Shown here: positions 8,496-19,069 of the stretch, in pieces
Layout of the letters: every line of letters begins with the position of its first letter
How positions within the stretch are numbered: the first letter of the stretch is position 1
DNA from: Chloroflexota bacterium
Lineage (GTDB): Bacteria > Chloroflexota > Limnocylindria > Limnocylindrales > CSP1-4
NCBI GenBank assembly: GCA_021787395.1
Contig: JAJYLZ010000008.1
Span: 11,290-75,289 of the forward strand
Length of the DNA stretch: 64,000 bases
Reading direction: 5' to 3'
The notes under the pieces: generated by a model
Database searches by the model: none
Told to the model about the DNA's origin: nothing
Seen by the model: only the letters and a program-made list of their open reading frames with translations
Program-made: the position numbers and the translations under genes

Positions 8496-9610
8496 CCGCC
8501 AGCCTCGCGCTCGCGGGCGAGGTCGCGCATCGGCCGGCCGGAACCGGACCGACGCTCGGCGACCACCTCGGCCATGATCGAGAGGGCCGTCTCGGGCGGC
8601 AGCCGGCCGCCCAGGTCGAGCCCGATGGGGCCGCGCAGCCGGTCGAGCTGCTGCGCCTGCACGCCAGCCGAGAGCAGGCGCGACCGCCGCTCCGCCTGTG
8701 TCTTGCGCGAGCCCACCGCGCCGACGTACCGGCAGCCGCGGCGCAGCGCCTCGACGATGGCCGGTTCGTCGAACTTGACGTCGTGCGTGAGCACGGCCAC
8801 CGCGTCGGCCGGCCCGAGGCCGATCTCGTCGGCCGCCTCGTCCGGCCAGCCCACGACCAGGCGGTCCACGTCGGGGAACCGCGCCTCGGTGGCGAAGGCA
8901 GCCCGGCCGTCGACCACGACGGTCTCGTAGCCGAGCTCCCGGGCCAGGCGGACCAGCGTCCGGGCGACCTCGACCGCGCCCACGACCACCAGCCGGGGCC
9001 GGACCGGGTACGCCTCGATGAACGCCTGGCGCCCGGCGACCTCGACGGTCCGGCTCACGCCGTGGGCCAGCAGGTCCAGGGCCGCCTTGACGAGCGCCCC
9101 GTCCGCGGCCGCATCGCCCAGGGTCCCCTCCAGCGTGCCGTCGTCGCGGACGACCAGGGGCGCGGCCGGGGTCTCGCCCTGGCCCGGCTGGTGCGCACCG
9201 AACGTCGGCGGCGGGGCGTCGCCGGGGAGCAGGGTCACGACCGCGCGGCCGCCCGACCGGCCCGCGGCCGTCTCGCGGGCGGCGTCGGCCGCCTCGACGG
9301 GCACCGCGGGCTGGACCAGGACGTCGATCGTGCCGCCGCACGCGAGGCCCACGTCCCACGCCTGCTCGTCACTGATGCCGTAGCGGAGCACGCGCTGGCG
9401 GCCGTCGCGCAGCGCGCGCGCGATCTCCTCGGCGGCAGCCCCCTCGACGCAGCCGCCGGACACGGAGCCCGCAAGCCGGCCGTCGCTGGTGACCAGCAGC
9501 ACGCCGCCCTCGGGCCGGGGCGCGCTGCCGAACGTCCGCACGACCACCGCGCGGCCCACCCCGACGCCTTCGGCGGTCCAGGCGTCCAGCTGGTCGAGCA
9601 GCTCGCGCAC
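8492..9610 (-). CDS. xdhC: XdhC/CoxF family Moco-insertion chaperone
   Basis: GSAPRPEG, GSVSGGCVE, VGLACGG, THDVKFD and GPIGLDLG. Confidence 0.9.
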   Translation of the reverse strand: MRELLDQLDAWTAEGVGVGRAVVVRTFGSAPRPEGGVLLVTSDGRLAGSVSGGCVEGAAAEEIARALRDGRQRVLRYGISDEQAWDVGLACGGTIDVLVQPAVPVEAADAARETAAGRSGGRAVVTLLPGDAPPPTFGAHQPGQGETPAAPLVVRDDGTLEGTLGDAAADGALVKAALDLLAHGVSRTVEVAGRQAFIEAYPVRPRLVVVGAVEVARTLVRLARELGYETVVVDGRAAFATEARFPDVDRLVVGWPDEAADEIGLGPADAVAVLTHDVKFDEPAIVEALRRGCRYVGAVGSRKTQAERRSRLLSAGVQAQQLDRLRGPIGLDLGGRLPPETALSIMAEVVAERRSGSGRPMRDLAREREAGG

Positions 9611-9615
9611 GGGGC

Positions 9616-11004
9616 CTACCTCCCCTTGCCCAGCGGTCGCGCCTGGTCGCGCGAGACCGTCGTGCCGCCCACGACCGACGGCCTCGAGGCGATGGGCGCC
9701 TCGAGGCCCATCGACGGCGCCACCGTGGTGGCGTGCGTCACGGCGGCGCCCCGGCGCGCGGTCCCGAGCGACGTCCCCGCGAGGATCACGCCCAGCCGCT
9801 CCAGCGAGGCGAGCGTGCCGGCGGGCAGGAAGTCGTCGATGTACGGGAAGGCGGCCTTCATGCCCGCCGCCAGCGGCTGGTAGCCGGGGGCCGACGCGAG
9901 CGGGTTGAGCCAGACCAGGCGGTGGCAGTTGCGCCGCAGGCGCGCGGTCTCCGCGGCCACCAGCGAGGGGTCGCCGCGGTCCCAGCCGTCCGACACCACG
10001 ATCACCACGCCGCTCGTCCGCAGCGTCCGGCGCGCCCAGTTGTGGTTGAACTGCCGGAAGCTCTCCCCGATCCGCGTGCCGCCCGCCCAGTCGGTCACCG
10101 TGTCGGCCACCCGGGCGAGGGCGCGGTCGCGGTCGCGGTCCTTCATCAGCCGCGTGACCCGGGTGAGCCTCGTGCCGAACACGAACGACTCGGTGCGGAC
10201 GTCGTTCTCGCGCGCCAGCGCCTGGACGAAGCGCAGCAGCAGCCTCGAGTGGCGCTCCATCGAGCCCGAGATGTCGCACAGGACCACGAGCTGCCGGGGC
10301 TCCTTGACCGGTCGGCTCCACACCCAGTCGGTCAGCTCGCCCGTGGCGAGGTTGCGCCGGTACATGGCCCGCGGGGCGAGCCGCCGCCCGTGCGGGTGGA
10401 GCTCGTGGCGGCGCGTCCGCCGCCGCTCCAGCCGCGGCTTGAGCAGGTCCACGAAGCGCTCGGCGTCACGGAGCTCGGCGCCCGTCATGCGGTCGAAGTC
10501 GCGGTGGCGGAGGGCCTCGCCGCGGGACCAGGCGTCGGGCGAGATCGTCTCGCCGTCCACCTGCGCCCCGTCCTCCACATCGACCGTCTCCTGCACGCCC
10601 ATCCGCGCGACGTCGGCCAGCGTGGCCTCGCGACCCTCCGCCGCCTCGTCGGACTCGCCGGGCTCGCCGTCGAGCTCGCGGTCCGCGTCCGGGTTCGGGG
10701 GCATCTCCGGACGGCCCGGCATCAGCTTGCGGCCGCGGCGCCGCCAGAACTGGGCGAACACGCGGTCGTACACCTCGCGGTCGTCCCGACGGCGCACGAA
10801 CAGGGCCTCGCCCGCGTCGTGGACCTGGTCGCGCCGGCCGAGGTCGACCAGGCTCAGCGCCCGGGCGAAGTCCATCGCCGCGCCCAGGTCCGCCGCGAGG
10901 CCGGCCGAGCGCAGCGCACGGCCGAACCCGACCGCCTCGGCGAGCAGGCGGCGCCCGTCCACGATCTCGCCCGTGGGCGCCTGGAGCAGCGGCGACTCGG
11001 TCAC
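9616..11004 (-). CDS. coxE: CoxE family VWA-domain protein
   Basis: MIDAS CDISGSM, FGTRLT, WAGGTRIG, SDGWDRG and WLNPL. Confidence 0.9.
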   Translation of the reverse strand: MTESPLLQAPTGEIVDGRRLLAEAVGFGRALRSAGLAADLGAAMDFARALSLVDLGRRDQVHDAGEALFVRRRDDREVYDRVFAQFWRRRGRKLMPGRPEMPPNPDADRELDGEPGESDEAAEGREATLADVARMGVQETVDVEDGAQVDGETISPDAWSRGEALRHRDFDRMTGAELRDAERFVDLLKPRLERRRTRRHELHPHGRRLAPRAMYRRNLATGELTDWVWSRPVKEPRQLVVLCDISGSMERHSRLLLRFVQALARENDVRTESFVFGTRLTRVTRLMKDRDRDRALARVADTVTDWAGGTRIGESFRQFNHNWARRTLRTSGVVIVVSDGWDRGDPSLVAAETARLRRNCHRLVWLNPLASAPGYQPLAAGMKAAFPYIDDFLPAGTLASLERLGVILAGTSLGTARRGAAVTHATTVAPSMGLEAPIASRPSVVGGTTVSRDQARPLGKGR

Positions 11005-11091
11005 GCCTACAGACTAGCCGACCGCCGGATTCGCGCTCGCGGGGCGGCGCGCGCCCGCGGGCGCGCGGTGCGGGACGCGCCGAGGGCCGGC

Positions 11092-12051
11092 TCAGGCCTG
11101 GGCGGCGGTCGCCTCGGCCAGGTACCGGCGCGCGTTGGCGCCCTTGACCGCGCGGATGTCCTCCTCGTACTTGAGGACCACGCCCAGCGTCTCGTCCACG
11201 GTGTCGCCGTCGAGCCCGGTGGCGCCGAGCGACAGCAGCGCGGCGGCCCAGTCGAGCGTCTCGGCGACGCCGGGCACCTTCGTCAGGTCGGCGGTGCGCA
11301 GCCGGTGGACGAAGGCGACGAGGTCGCGGGCGAGCGCGGCCGGCGCGTCCGGCACGCGGGTCGAGACGATCTCGAACTCCTTCTGGGCGGTGGGGTAGTC
11401 GATCCAGTGGTACAGGCAGCGGCGCTTGAGCGCGTCGTGGACCTCGCGCGTGCGGTTCGAGGTGAGGACCACTCGCGGCGCCTGCTCGGCCCGGATGGTG
11501 CCGATCTCGGGGACCGTGACCTGGAAGTCCGAGAGGATCTCGAGCAGGTACGCCTCGAACTCCTCGTCGGCGCGGTCGATCTCGTCGATGAGCAGCACCG
11601 GGGGCACGCCGTCGTGCGCCTCGAGCGCCTGGAGCAGCGGGCGCTTGAGCAGGAACTCGGGCCCGAAGATGTCGCGGGCGCTGGCCTTGGCGATCTCGCC
11701 GCGCGCCTCGAGCAGCCGGATCTCGAGCATCTGGCGCGGGTAGTTCCACTCGTAGACCGCGGTGTTGACGTCGAGGCCCTCGTAGCACTGGAGCCGGATC
11801 AGCCGGGCGCCGAGGCTGGCCGCGAGCACCTTGGCCAGCTCCGTCTTGCCCACGCCCGCCTCGCCCTCCAGCAGCAGCGGCCGCCCGAGTTCGAGCGCGA
11901 GGAAGACCGTGGTCGCCAGCGACCGCTCCGCGATGTAGCCCTGCTCCCGGAAGGCGCCCATCAGGCCATCGATCGACTGCATCGGGAGGGGCCGCGCGGC
12001 GCGGGCGGCGGTTCGGGAGGCGGCCGCTTGGGCGGCGGGCTGATCGGTCAT
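11092..12051 (-). CDS. coxD: CoxD/MoxR family AAA+ ATPase
   Basis: GEAGVGKT, LLIDEIDR, TSNRTREVHDALKRRC and PGVAETLDW. Confidence 0.92.
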   Translation of the reverse strand: MTDQPAAQAAASRTAARAARPLPMQSIDGLMGAFREQGYIAERSLATTVFLALELGRPLLLEGEAGVGKTELAKVLAASLGARLIRLQCYEGLDVNTAVYEWNYPRQMLEIRLLEARGEIAKASARDIFGPEFLLKRPLLQALEAHDGVPPVLLIDEIDRADEEFEAYLLEILSDFQVTVPEIGTIRAEQAPRVVLTSNRTREVHDALKRRCLYHWIDYPTAQKEFEIVSTRVPDAPAALARDLVAFVHRLRTADLTKVPGVAETLDWAAALLSLGATGLDGDTVDETLGVVLKYEEDIRAVKGANARRYLAEATAAQA

Positions 12052-12109
12052 GACGGCGATGCTACACCGGGCGGCGCTCCGGGTCGGCCGGGCGGCTGTC
12101 CCCCGCCGG

Positions 12110-13165
12110 CTACCCCCCGGGCGCGCCGAGGTCCCGCGCGTAGGCCGGGAAGCGGAACCGCTGCGAGCCGTCGAGGATCCCGCCGTGGGCCAGCCGTGCG
12201 ACGGTCGCGGCCGTCGCCGGATAGCCGGCCGCGAGCAGCGGCAGGAGCAGGTCCGCGGCGGTCGCGCGCGAGTAGGCGCCGCACGACGGCAGCCCCACCA
12301 CGGCGACCGGGCCGAGACGGGCGAGCCAGAGCATGGAGCCCGGGTGGGCTGGCACGCCGCGGCGGACGACGCGGCCGCCGAGCCGGTCGAGGGCGACGAA
12401 GAACGCGTCGCCGGGGTCGGTGCTGGCGCCGCCTGCGGTGAGCACGATCCGGGCCGCTCCCCTGCCCCGGGTGGCGGCCGCGAGCGCCGCCGCCACGGCA
12501 TCCGGGTCGTCGGGGACGTGGGCGATGCCGGCCAGCGTTCCGCCCAGGCCGGCCACGCGCGAGCAGATGGACGCCTCGAACCGGATGCGGTCCGCGTCCG
12601 AGAGTCGCTGCTTGACGACCACGGCGACCCGCGTCGGCCGGAATGGGCGCACGCGCACGACCGGCCCGCCCCGGCCCGCCGCGGCCTCCGCTCGGCGCAG
12701 GACGCCGTCGGGGACCAGGTGCGGCGCGACCTTCGCCGACGCCACGAGGTCGCCCGGCGCAACGATCCGGCCGGAGGCGACCGTGAACAGCTCGACCGGG
12801 TCGATCCGGTTGAGTCGGTCGAGCGCGGCCAGGCGGACCTCCACCACGCCGGCAGCAGCGGCCAGCAGGTCCACCCGCGACTGCACCGGCCCCTGCAGGG
12901 TGACGCCCGCCGCCGTCGGGTCGCCGGCCACGGCGGTGCTCGCAAGGCGAAGTGCCGCGTCGTCCTCGTGGACGTCGTCGGGCGCGGGGACGAGCACGGT
13001 GAAGGCCCGCCCCGGGGCTGCGCCCGCCAGCGCGTCGAGGTCCGCGGCCGTCAGCCGGCGGCCCTTGGCCCATCGCCGGCCCGCCACCACGAGGTCCCGG
13101 GCCAGCACGGCGCCGACGAGCCCGGCCGGCGACGGCCGGCCGGGCTCCAGGTGCTCGACGCGCAC
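12110..13165 (-). CDS. molybdopterin-binding (MoeA/CinA-like) protein
   Basis: AGGASTDPGD and GVPAHPGSMLWL; located inside the cox cluster; start uncertain. Confidence 0.75.
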   Translation of the reverse strand: MRVEHLEPGRPSPAGLVGAVLARDLVVAGRRWAKGRRLTAADLDALAGAAPGRAFTVLVPAPDDVHEDDAALRLASTAVAGDPTAAGVTLQGPVQSRVDLLAAAAGVVEVRLAALDRLNRIDPVELFTVASGRIVAPGDLVASAKVAPHLVPDGVLRRAEAAAGRGGPVVRVRPFRPTRVAVVVKQRLSDADRIRFEASICSRVAGLGGTLAGIAHVPDDPDAVAAALAAATRGRGAARIVLTAGGASTDPGDAFFVALDRLGGRVVRRGVPAHPGSMLWLARLGPVAVVGLPSCGAYSRATAADLLLPLLAAGYPATAATVARLAHGGILDGSQRFRFPAYARDLGAPGG

Positions 13166-13194
13166 GCCCGTCTGGATGCTGCCGGGTGGCGCGG

Positions 13195-14055
13195 TCAGCG
13201 GACTCGCGCCAGCGCCGCCCCGATCGCCCGCCTCGCGTGCACGACGGCCATCGCCGCACGGTACTCCCGCCCGGCGTGGATGTCCGCGTTGACCTCGCGG
13301 TCGCCGACGACCAGGGCCGCGGCGGCGGCCACCGCCTCGGGGGAGCCGGTGGTCCCGACCAGCGCGGCCTCGACCTCGCGGGCGCGGTACGGGTGGTCCG
13401 ACACGCCGGTCACCCCCACGCCCGCCCACTCGATCAGGCCCCCCGCGCCCAGGACCACCACGGCGGCGACCCCGGCGATCGGGTAGCCCGACGCCCGCTG
13501 CTCGAGCGACGCGTACGCCGACCCGGCGTCCGCGCGCGGGGCTGGCAGGATCACCGCGGCCAGGATCTCGTCGCGGGCGAGCGCCGTCGTGAACGCGCCC
13601 TGGAAGAAGCCGTCCACCGGGACGGTCCGCGACCCGGCGGCCGACTGCACCACGACCTCGGCGTCGAGCGCCAGCAGCGCCGCCGGGAGGTCGGACGCGG
13701 GGTCTGCGTGGGCCACGGCGCCGCCCACGGTGCCGCGGTTGCGGACCTGGACGTCGCCGATGCCCGGCAGCGCGTCGGCGACCACGCCGTAGCGCACGGC
13801 CGGCGAGTCCGCGAGCTCCGCGTACGTGGTGAGCGCGCCGACGGACAGCCGCCCGTCGTCGAGCCGGCGCACGCCCCGGAGCTCCGCGAGGCGCCCGATG
13901 TCCACCAGGCGGGCGGGCTGGGCCAGCCGCAGCTTCATCAGCGGCAGCAGGCTCTGGCCGCCGGCGATCACCTTGGCGCCCTCGTCGGAGGCGAGGATGC
14001 CGAGCGCGTCCTGCAGCGAGGAGGCCCTGGTGTACTCGAAGGCTGCCGGGATCAT
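13195..14055 (-). CDS. coxM: FAD-binding medium subunit, xanthine dehydrogenase/CODH family
   Basis: [13 protein letters not shown] and [16 protein letters not shown]. Confidence 0.93.
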   Translation of the reverse strand: MIPAAFEYTRASSLQDALGILASDEGAKVIAGGQSLLPLMKLRLAQPARLVDIGRLAELRGVRRLDDGRLSVGALTTYAELADSPAVRYGVVADALPGIGDVQVRNRGTVGGAVAHADPASDLPAALLALDAEVVVQSAAGSRTVPVDGFFQGAFTTALARDEILAAVILPAPRADAGSAYASLEQRASGYPIAGVAAVVVLGAGGLIEWAGVGVTGVSDHPYRAREVEAALVGTTGSPEAVAAAAALVVGDREVNADIHAGREYRAAMAVVHARRAIGAALARVR

Positions 14056-16454
14056 GCCTGGCCTCCCTTGGCGCTCTGGATGGCGCTCCAGACCTTCTGC
14101 GCGGTGAACGGCATGTCGAGGTGGCGGATGCCTAGCGGGCTCAGCGCGTCGTTGACCGCGTTGGCCACGGCGGCCGTGGACGCGATGCAGCCGGCCTCGC
14201 CGACACCCTTGACCCCCAGCGGGTTGACCGGTGACGGCGTGACCGTCTCGTCGAGCTCGAAGCTGGGCAGCCACTCGGCGCGCGGCAGCGCGTAGTCGAG
14301 CAGCGAGCCGGAGAGCAGCTGCCCGTCGTCGTCGTAGACGGCCTCCTCCCACAGCGCCTGGCCGACGCCCTGGGCGATGCCCCCGTGCAGCTGGCCGTCC
14401 ACGATCATCGGGTTGATCTTCTTGCCCACGTCGTCCACCGCCACGTAGCGGACCAGTTCGGTGTTGCCCGTCTCCTCGTCCACCTCGACGACCGCGATGT
14501 GGGTGCCGAACGGGAACGTGCAGTTGTCGGTGTCGTGGTAGGCGGTCTCGTCGAGGTACGGCTCCATGCCCGGCGGCGTGTCGAACGCGAGGTCGAGCGC
14601 GAACGCGATCTCCTGGAGCGTCTTCTTCTTGTCGGGCGAGCCCTTCACGCGGTACTCGGCGCCCTCGACCTCGATGTCGTCCACGTTGGCCTCGAGCATG
14701 TGGGCCGCGTACCGGCGGGCCTTGTCGCGGATCTTGGCGGCCGCCTTGACGGCGGCGCCGGTGCCCACGTTGGACGTGCGCGACCCGTAGGAGCCGTAGC
14801 CGAACGGCGTGCCCTGGGTGTCCGAGTGCTGGACGACGATGTCCTCCATCGGGACGCCCAGCTCGTGGCTGACGATCTGCGCGAAGGTGGTCTCGTGGCC
14901 CTGCCCCTGGGGCTGGGTGCCCATCGTGACCACGACCTTGCCGGTCAGGTGGACCTTGATGTTGGACGACTCCCACATCGCGGCGCCCCAGCCCTCGCCC
15001 ACGGCGCCGATCCACTTGGACGGCGCGACGCCGCAGACCTCGATGTAGGTGGACAGGCCGACCCCCAGCAGCTTGCCGCGCGCCCTCGCCTCGGCCTTCC
15101 TGGCCGCCATGTCGGCGTAGCCGGCCATCGCGAGCGCCTTGTCCATCGCGGGCTCGTAGTTGCCCGAGTCGATGTACAGCTTGCTGCCGTTGACCGCGGT
15201 CAGGAGGCCGGACGGGTTGTCGTAGGGGAAGGCGTCGGGCGGCAGGAAGTTGCGCCGCCTGACCTCGGCGGGGTCGATGCCCAGCTCGTCGGCGACGAGG
15301 TCCATCGCCCGCTCGACCACGTAGGTCGCCTCCGGGCGGCCCGCGCCGCGGTAGGCGTCCACGAACGTCGTGTTGGTGTAGACGCCGGTCACCTCGCAGT
15401 GGACCGCGGGGATCTTGTACGGGCCTGACAGGATGCGCCCGTAGAGCGTGGTGGGGATGCCGGGGCCGATCGTGGACAGGCGCCCGCCGAGGTTGGCGAG
15501 CGTGCGGACCCGCAGGCCCTTGACCTCGCCCTGCCTGGTGGCCGCCACGTCGACGTAGGTGATGTGGTCCCGGCCGTGGATGGTGGAGCCGAAGCTCTCG
15601 CGCCTGGTCTCGACCCACTTCACCGGGCGGCCGCCGACGAGCCTGCTCGCGAACAGCGACAGCGCCATGTCGGCGTAGCAGTAGATCTTGGAGCCGAAGG
15701 CGCCGCCCACGTCAGGGCTGATGCACCGGATCTTCTGCTCGGGCACGCCCATCACGAAGGCGGCCAGCAGCAGGCGCTGGATGTGCGGCGTCTGGCTGGA
15801 CATCCAGATCGTGTACTCGTCGGTGCCCGGGTTGTACCAGCCGATGTCACCCCGGACCTCCATCGGGTTGGGGATCAGCCGGTGGTTCACGAGGCGCTGG
15901 CTGACCACCACCTCCGCGCCGGCGAACGCCGCGTCGGTGGCGGCCCTGTCGCCCACCTGCCAGTCGAACACGCGGTTGTTGGGGGCGTTCTCGTGGAGCT
16001 GCGGGGCGCCGTCGGCCAGCGCCTTCTCGGCGTCGGTGACGGCCGGCAGCGGCTCCCACTCGACCTGGATCAGCTCCAGCGCGTCCACCGCCTGGGCGGC
16101 CGTCTCGGCGACCACGGCGGCCACGCCCTCGCCGGTCCACTTGACCGAGTCGGTGGCGAGCGCGCGGGGCGTGTTGACGTTGTTCTGGATGCCCGACGCG
16201 CCGCCGGCGGGCCAGGCCATGGGCAGCGGGTTGTACGGGATGTCGGCGCCGGTGATCACCGCCACCACGCCGGGCGCCGCCTTGGCGGCCGAGGTGTCGA
16301 TGGACCGGATGTTGGCGTGCGCGTAGGGGCTGCGCAGGATGGCGAGGTGGGCCATGCCGGGCAGCTTGATGTCGTCGAGGTAGCGGCCCTTGCCGCTGAT
16401 GAAGCGCGGGTCCTCCACCCGCTTGACCGGGGCGCCGAGGACGTCGGTGGCCAT
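14052..16454 (-). CDS. coxL: molybdopterin-binding large subunit, form II CoxL-like
   Basis: [15 protein letters not shown], active-site loop [16 protein letters not shown] and KGVGE. Confidence 0.93.
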   Translation of the reverse strand: MATDVLGAPVKRVEDPRFISGKGRYLDDIKLPGMAHLAILRSPYAHANIRSIDTSAAKAAPGVVAVITGADIPYNPLPMAWPAGGASGIQNNVNTPRALATDSVKWTGEGVAAVVAETAAQAVDALELIQVEWEPLPAVTDAEKALADGAPQLHENAPNNRVFDWQVGDRAATDAAFAGAEVVVSQRLVNHRLIPNPMEVRGDIGWYNPGTDEYTIWMSSQTPHIQRLLLAAFVMGVPEQKIRCISPDVGGAFGSKIYCYADMALSLFASRLVGGRPVKWVETRRESFGSTIHGRDHITYVDVAATRQGEVKGLRVRTLANLGGRLSTIGPGIPTTLYGRILSGPYKIPAVHCEVTGVYTNTTFVDAYRGAGRPEATYVVERAMDLVADELGIDPAEVRRRNFLPPDAFPYDNPSGLLTAVNGSKLYIDSGNYEPAMDKALAMAGYADMAARKAEARARGKLLGVGLSTYIEVCGVAPSKWIGAVGEGWGAAMWESSNIKVHLTGKVVVTMGTQPQGQGHETTFAQIVSHELGVPMEDIVVQHSDTQGTPFGYGSYGSRTSNVGTGAAVKAAAKIRDKARRYAAHMLEANVDDIEVEGAEYRVKGSPDKKKTLQEIAFALDLAFDTPPGMEPYLDETAYHDTDNCTFPFGTHIAVVEVDEETGNTELVRYVAVDDVGKKINPMIVDGQLHGGIAQGVGQALWEEAVYDDDGQLLSGSLLDYALPRAEWLPSFELDETVTPSPVNPLGVKGVGEAGCIASTAAVANAVNDALSPLGIRHLDMPFTAQKVWSAIQSAKGGQA

Positions 16455-16465
16455 CTCCCGCCCTC

Positions 16466-16954
16466 CTACGCCGACGCGGCGGCGCCGCGCATCACGGCGG
16501 CGGCCTCGCGGACGGCGGCCACGATGTTGTGGTAGCCGGTGCAGCGGCAGATGTTGCCGGCGATCGCGTGCCGGATCTCCGCCTCGCTCGGGTCGGGGTT
16601 GCGGGCCACCAGGTCGGCGGCCGCCATGATCATGCCCGGCGTGCAGAACCCGCACTGCAGGCCGTGCTTGTCCCAGAACGCCTGCTGGATCGGGTGGAGG
16701 GAGCCCACCTGGCCGAGGCCCTCGATCGTGGTCACCGACGTCCCGTCGGCCTGCGCCGCGAGCACCGTGCAGCTCTTCACGGCCCGACCGTCCACGTGGA
16801 CGGTGCAGGCGCCGCACTGGCTGGTGTCGCACCCGACGTGGGTGCCGGTGAGCTCCAGGTCCTCCCGCAGCATCGTGACCAGGAGGGTGCGGGGTTCGAC
16901 GTCCACCTCCCGGTGTTCGCCGTTCACTTCGAGCGCGACGTGCAGCTCGGCCAC
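16466..16954 (-). CDS. coxS: 2x[2Fe-2S] small subunit
   Basis: [11 protein letters not shown] and QCGFC..CRC; GAAGGAGG RBS before GTG 16954. Confidence 0.93.
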   Translation of the reverse strand: MAELHVALEVNGEHREVDVEPRTLLVTMLREDLELTGTHVGCDTSQCGACTVHVDGRAVKSCTVLAAQADGTSVTTIEGLGQVGSLHPIQQAFWDKHGLQCGFCTPGMIMAAADLVARNPDPSEAEIRHAIAGNICRCTGYHNIVAAVREAAAVMRGAAASA

Positions 16955-17647
16955 CAGGACGACCTCCTTCTGCCGTGTCCGGCATGGCCGCGGGTCCCGC
17001 CGCGGCCGACAGGGGTGACGCTGATCGTCCGCCGGGAAGCCGCGGGCGGGGCCCGGGCGTCGACGGGTGGTGCATGGGTCCGACGCGGCCAGGAGGCAGT
17101 GGCCCCCGGATGGTGGGGGAACACCGGGCGCAGGCGCGGCACCCCGGATGGTGGCAGGGTGGCGGGAATGCTGCAAGCGGGGGTGTCAGCGGGTGGCTGG
17201 ACCCGGGGAGAGGTCCCGGAGGGGTGGCTGGACCGGCGGTCCAGACGCGAGGCACGAGGGCGCCCGGGGCTGGACTCCCGCTCCAGCCCAGCGCGTGCGC
17301 GGGCCGTCCGGCATGTCCGCCGCTGGACCCCCGCGCCAGCCGGCGGCCGACGACGGACAGATGTTGGGACTGGCAGTCCAGCGCCCTCCCAGGCGGCGAC
17401 GCCGCAGCGCCGCTCCCCGGCGGCGGGGACGAGCGCGCTCCCCGGCGTCGCCCGGCGTCGCCACGGACCGCCTGCCCCGGGCAGGGGCTGGTGCGGGTTC
17501 TGCGGAGGCGTTCGGGCGGGTCGGCTCTTCATCTGCGCCGGAGCGGGGGTCATGCTGCCCCCGGCGCCGGGGGATTGGGCCGCGGGGCCCCGCGCCCGGG
17601 CGACCGGAAGAGGGGCCGGCGCCGAGGCGTCCCGGAGGGAGAGGGAG

Positions 17648-18970
17648 ATGGGCGTGCTGCCCAGTCCGGCGCGTCGGCGGGCGCTCCGGATGCTCTTCGC
17701 CGCCGCGACTGTCCTGGCCCTGGCGGCCACGGCTGCCGGGCCCGCTGCGGCCAGCCCGGGCAGGCTGATGCCGCAGGTGGTCTCGGTGGGCTCGCACTAC
17801 GACAGCGACCCAGACTTCACGGGGTTCGCCGCGGAGATGGCCTACTGCGCCGGGGCCAAGAGCACGACGCCGGACATCCACACCTACGAGTGGACCCCGT
17901 TCCAGGACAACTTCCAGGCGTACCTGGAGGGCACGTGGCCCGAGGGCTCGGAGGGCACGCCGGAGACCGTCGCGACGTGGTTCGGCGGCCACCGGATGCA
18001 GTACTTCGCCGGCCACGGCCTGCTGACCCCCATCCCGACCGTCTGGAGGCAGATCGAGCACAACTACTCGCCCGCGATGCAGGAGCTGTCAACCGGGCCC
18101 GACGGGCAGCTCTACTTCGTGCCCCAGTTCACCTACCCCTGGGTGGTCCTGTACAACACGAGCGTGTTCGCCGCACACGGCTACACCGTGCCGACGACGT
18201 TCGACGAGTTCCTCGCGCTGGCCGGCCGGATGCAGTCCGACGGGCTGGTGCCGCTCGCCTTCGGCGACGCCGACGGCTGGGAGGCCATGGGCCTGTTCGA
18301 CATCCTGGACATGCGCCTCAACGGCTTCGACTTCCACATGGGCCTGATGAACGGCGCGCAGTCCTGGACCGACGCCCGCGTCAAGGCCGTGTTCGAGCAG
18401 CTGCGCGACCTGCTGCCGCTCGCCTCGCCCGACCCCCTGTCCCGCTCCTGGCGGGACGGCGCTGCCGAGCTCGCCGACGGCACCGCGGGCATGTACTTCC
18501 TGGGCACCTTCGCCAGCTGGGCGATCGACCCCTCGGTCATGCCCGACATCGACATGTTCGCGTTCCCGGTGTTCGGCAACGCGTACGACGCCGAGGCGGC
18601 CATCGACGCCCCGGTTGACGGCCTGGCCATGACCACGAACACGACCAACCTCTCGGCGGCCCAGCGCCTGCTCGCCTGCGCCGGCAGCCCCGCCGCGCAG
18701 CTCCAGTTCCTGGCCTACGACAGCGGCTACATCGCCGCCGCCAAGACCGCGGACACCAGCTCCTACACGCCGTTCCAGCAGCGCATGGCGTCGGTCATCG
18801 CGTCGGCCGGCCACATCGCCCAGTTCATGGACCGCGACATGCGGCCCGACTTCGCGGGGCCGGGCGGGATGCAGACGTTCCTCACCGACTTCCTCGCCAA
18901 CCCGGACCAGGACCTCGACGCGTTCCTGGCGGGCATCCAAACCGCCTGGGACGCGCTGCCGCCGGAGTGA
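17648..18970 (+). CDS. extracellular solute-binding protein (carbohydrate ABC family)
   Basis: N-terminal RRR plus hydrophobic signal; YFVPQ..YN, GMYFLG and APVDG motifs. Confidence 0.8.
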   Translation: MGVLPSPARRRALRMLFAAATVLALAATAAGPAAASPGRLMPQVVSVGSHYDSDPDFTGFAAEMAYCAGAKSTTPDIHTYEWTPFQDNFQAYLEGTWPEGSEGTPETVATWFGGHRMQYFAGHGLLTPIPTVWRQIEHNYSPAMQELSTGPDGQLYFVPQFTYPWVVLYNTSVFAAHGYTVPTTFDEFLALAGRMQSDGLVPLAFGDADGWEAMGLFDILDMRLNGFDFHMGLMNGAQSWTDARVKAVFEQLRDLLPLASPDPLSRSWRDGAAELADGTAGMYFLGTFASWAIDPSVMPDIDMFAFPVFGNAYDAEAAIDAPVDGLAMTTNTTNLSAAQRLLACAGSPAAQLQFLAYDSGYIAAAKTADTSSYTPFQQRMASVIASAGHIAQFMDRDMRPDFAGPGGMQTFLTDFLANPDQDLDAFLAGIQTAWDALPPE

Positions 18971-19069
18971 TCCCGCGGCCAGCTTGCGCCCAACGGGGCA
19001 ACAGGGGCCCGGCCGGCCGTCCGGCGGGCCCCTGCCTCGTGTCTGGGGTCACGGCGAGCCGCCGGGCCG

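Noticed and set aside
14052-16454. Bona fide (form I) aerobic CO dehydrogenase
   Set aside because: Active-site loop is AYRGAGR, not AYxCSFR, and gene order is S-L-M; CO oxidation cannot be claimed
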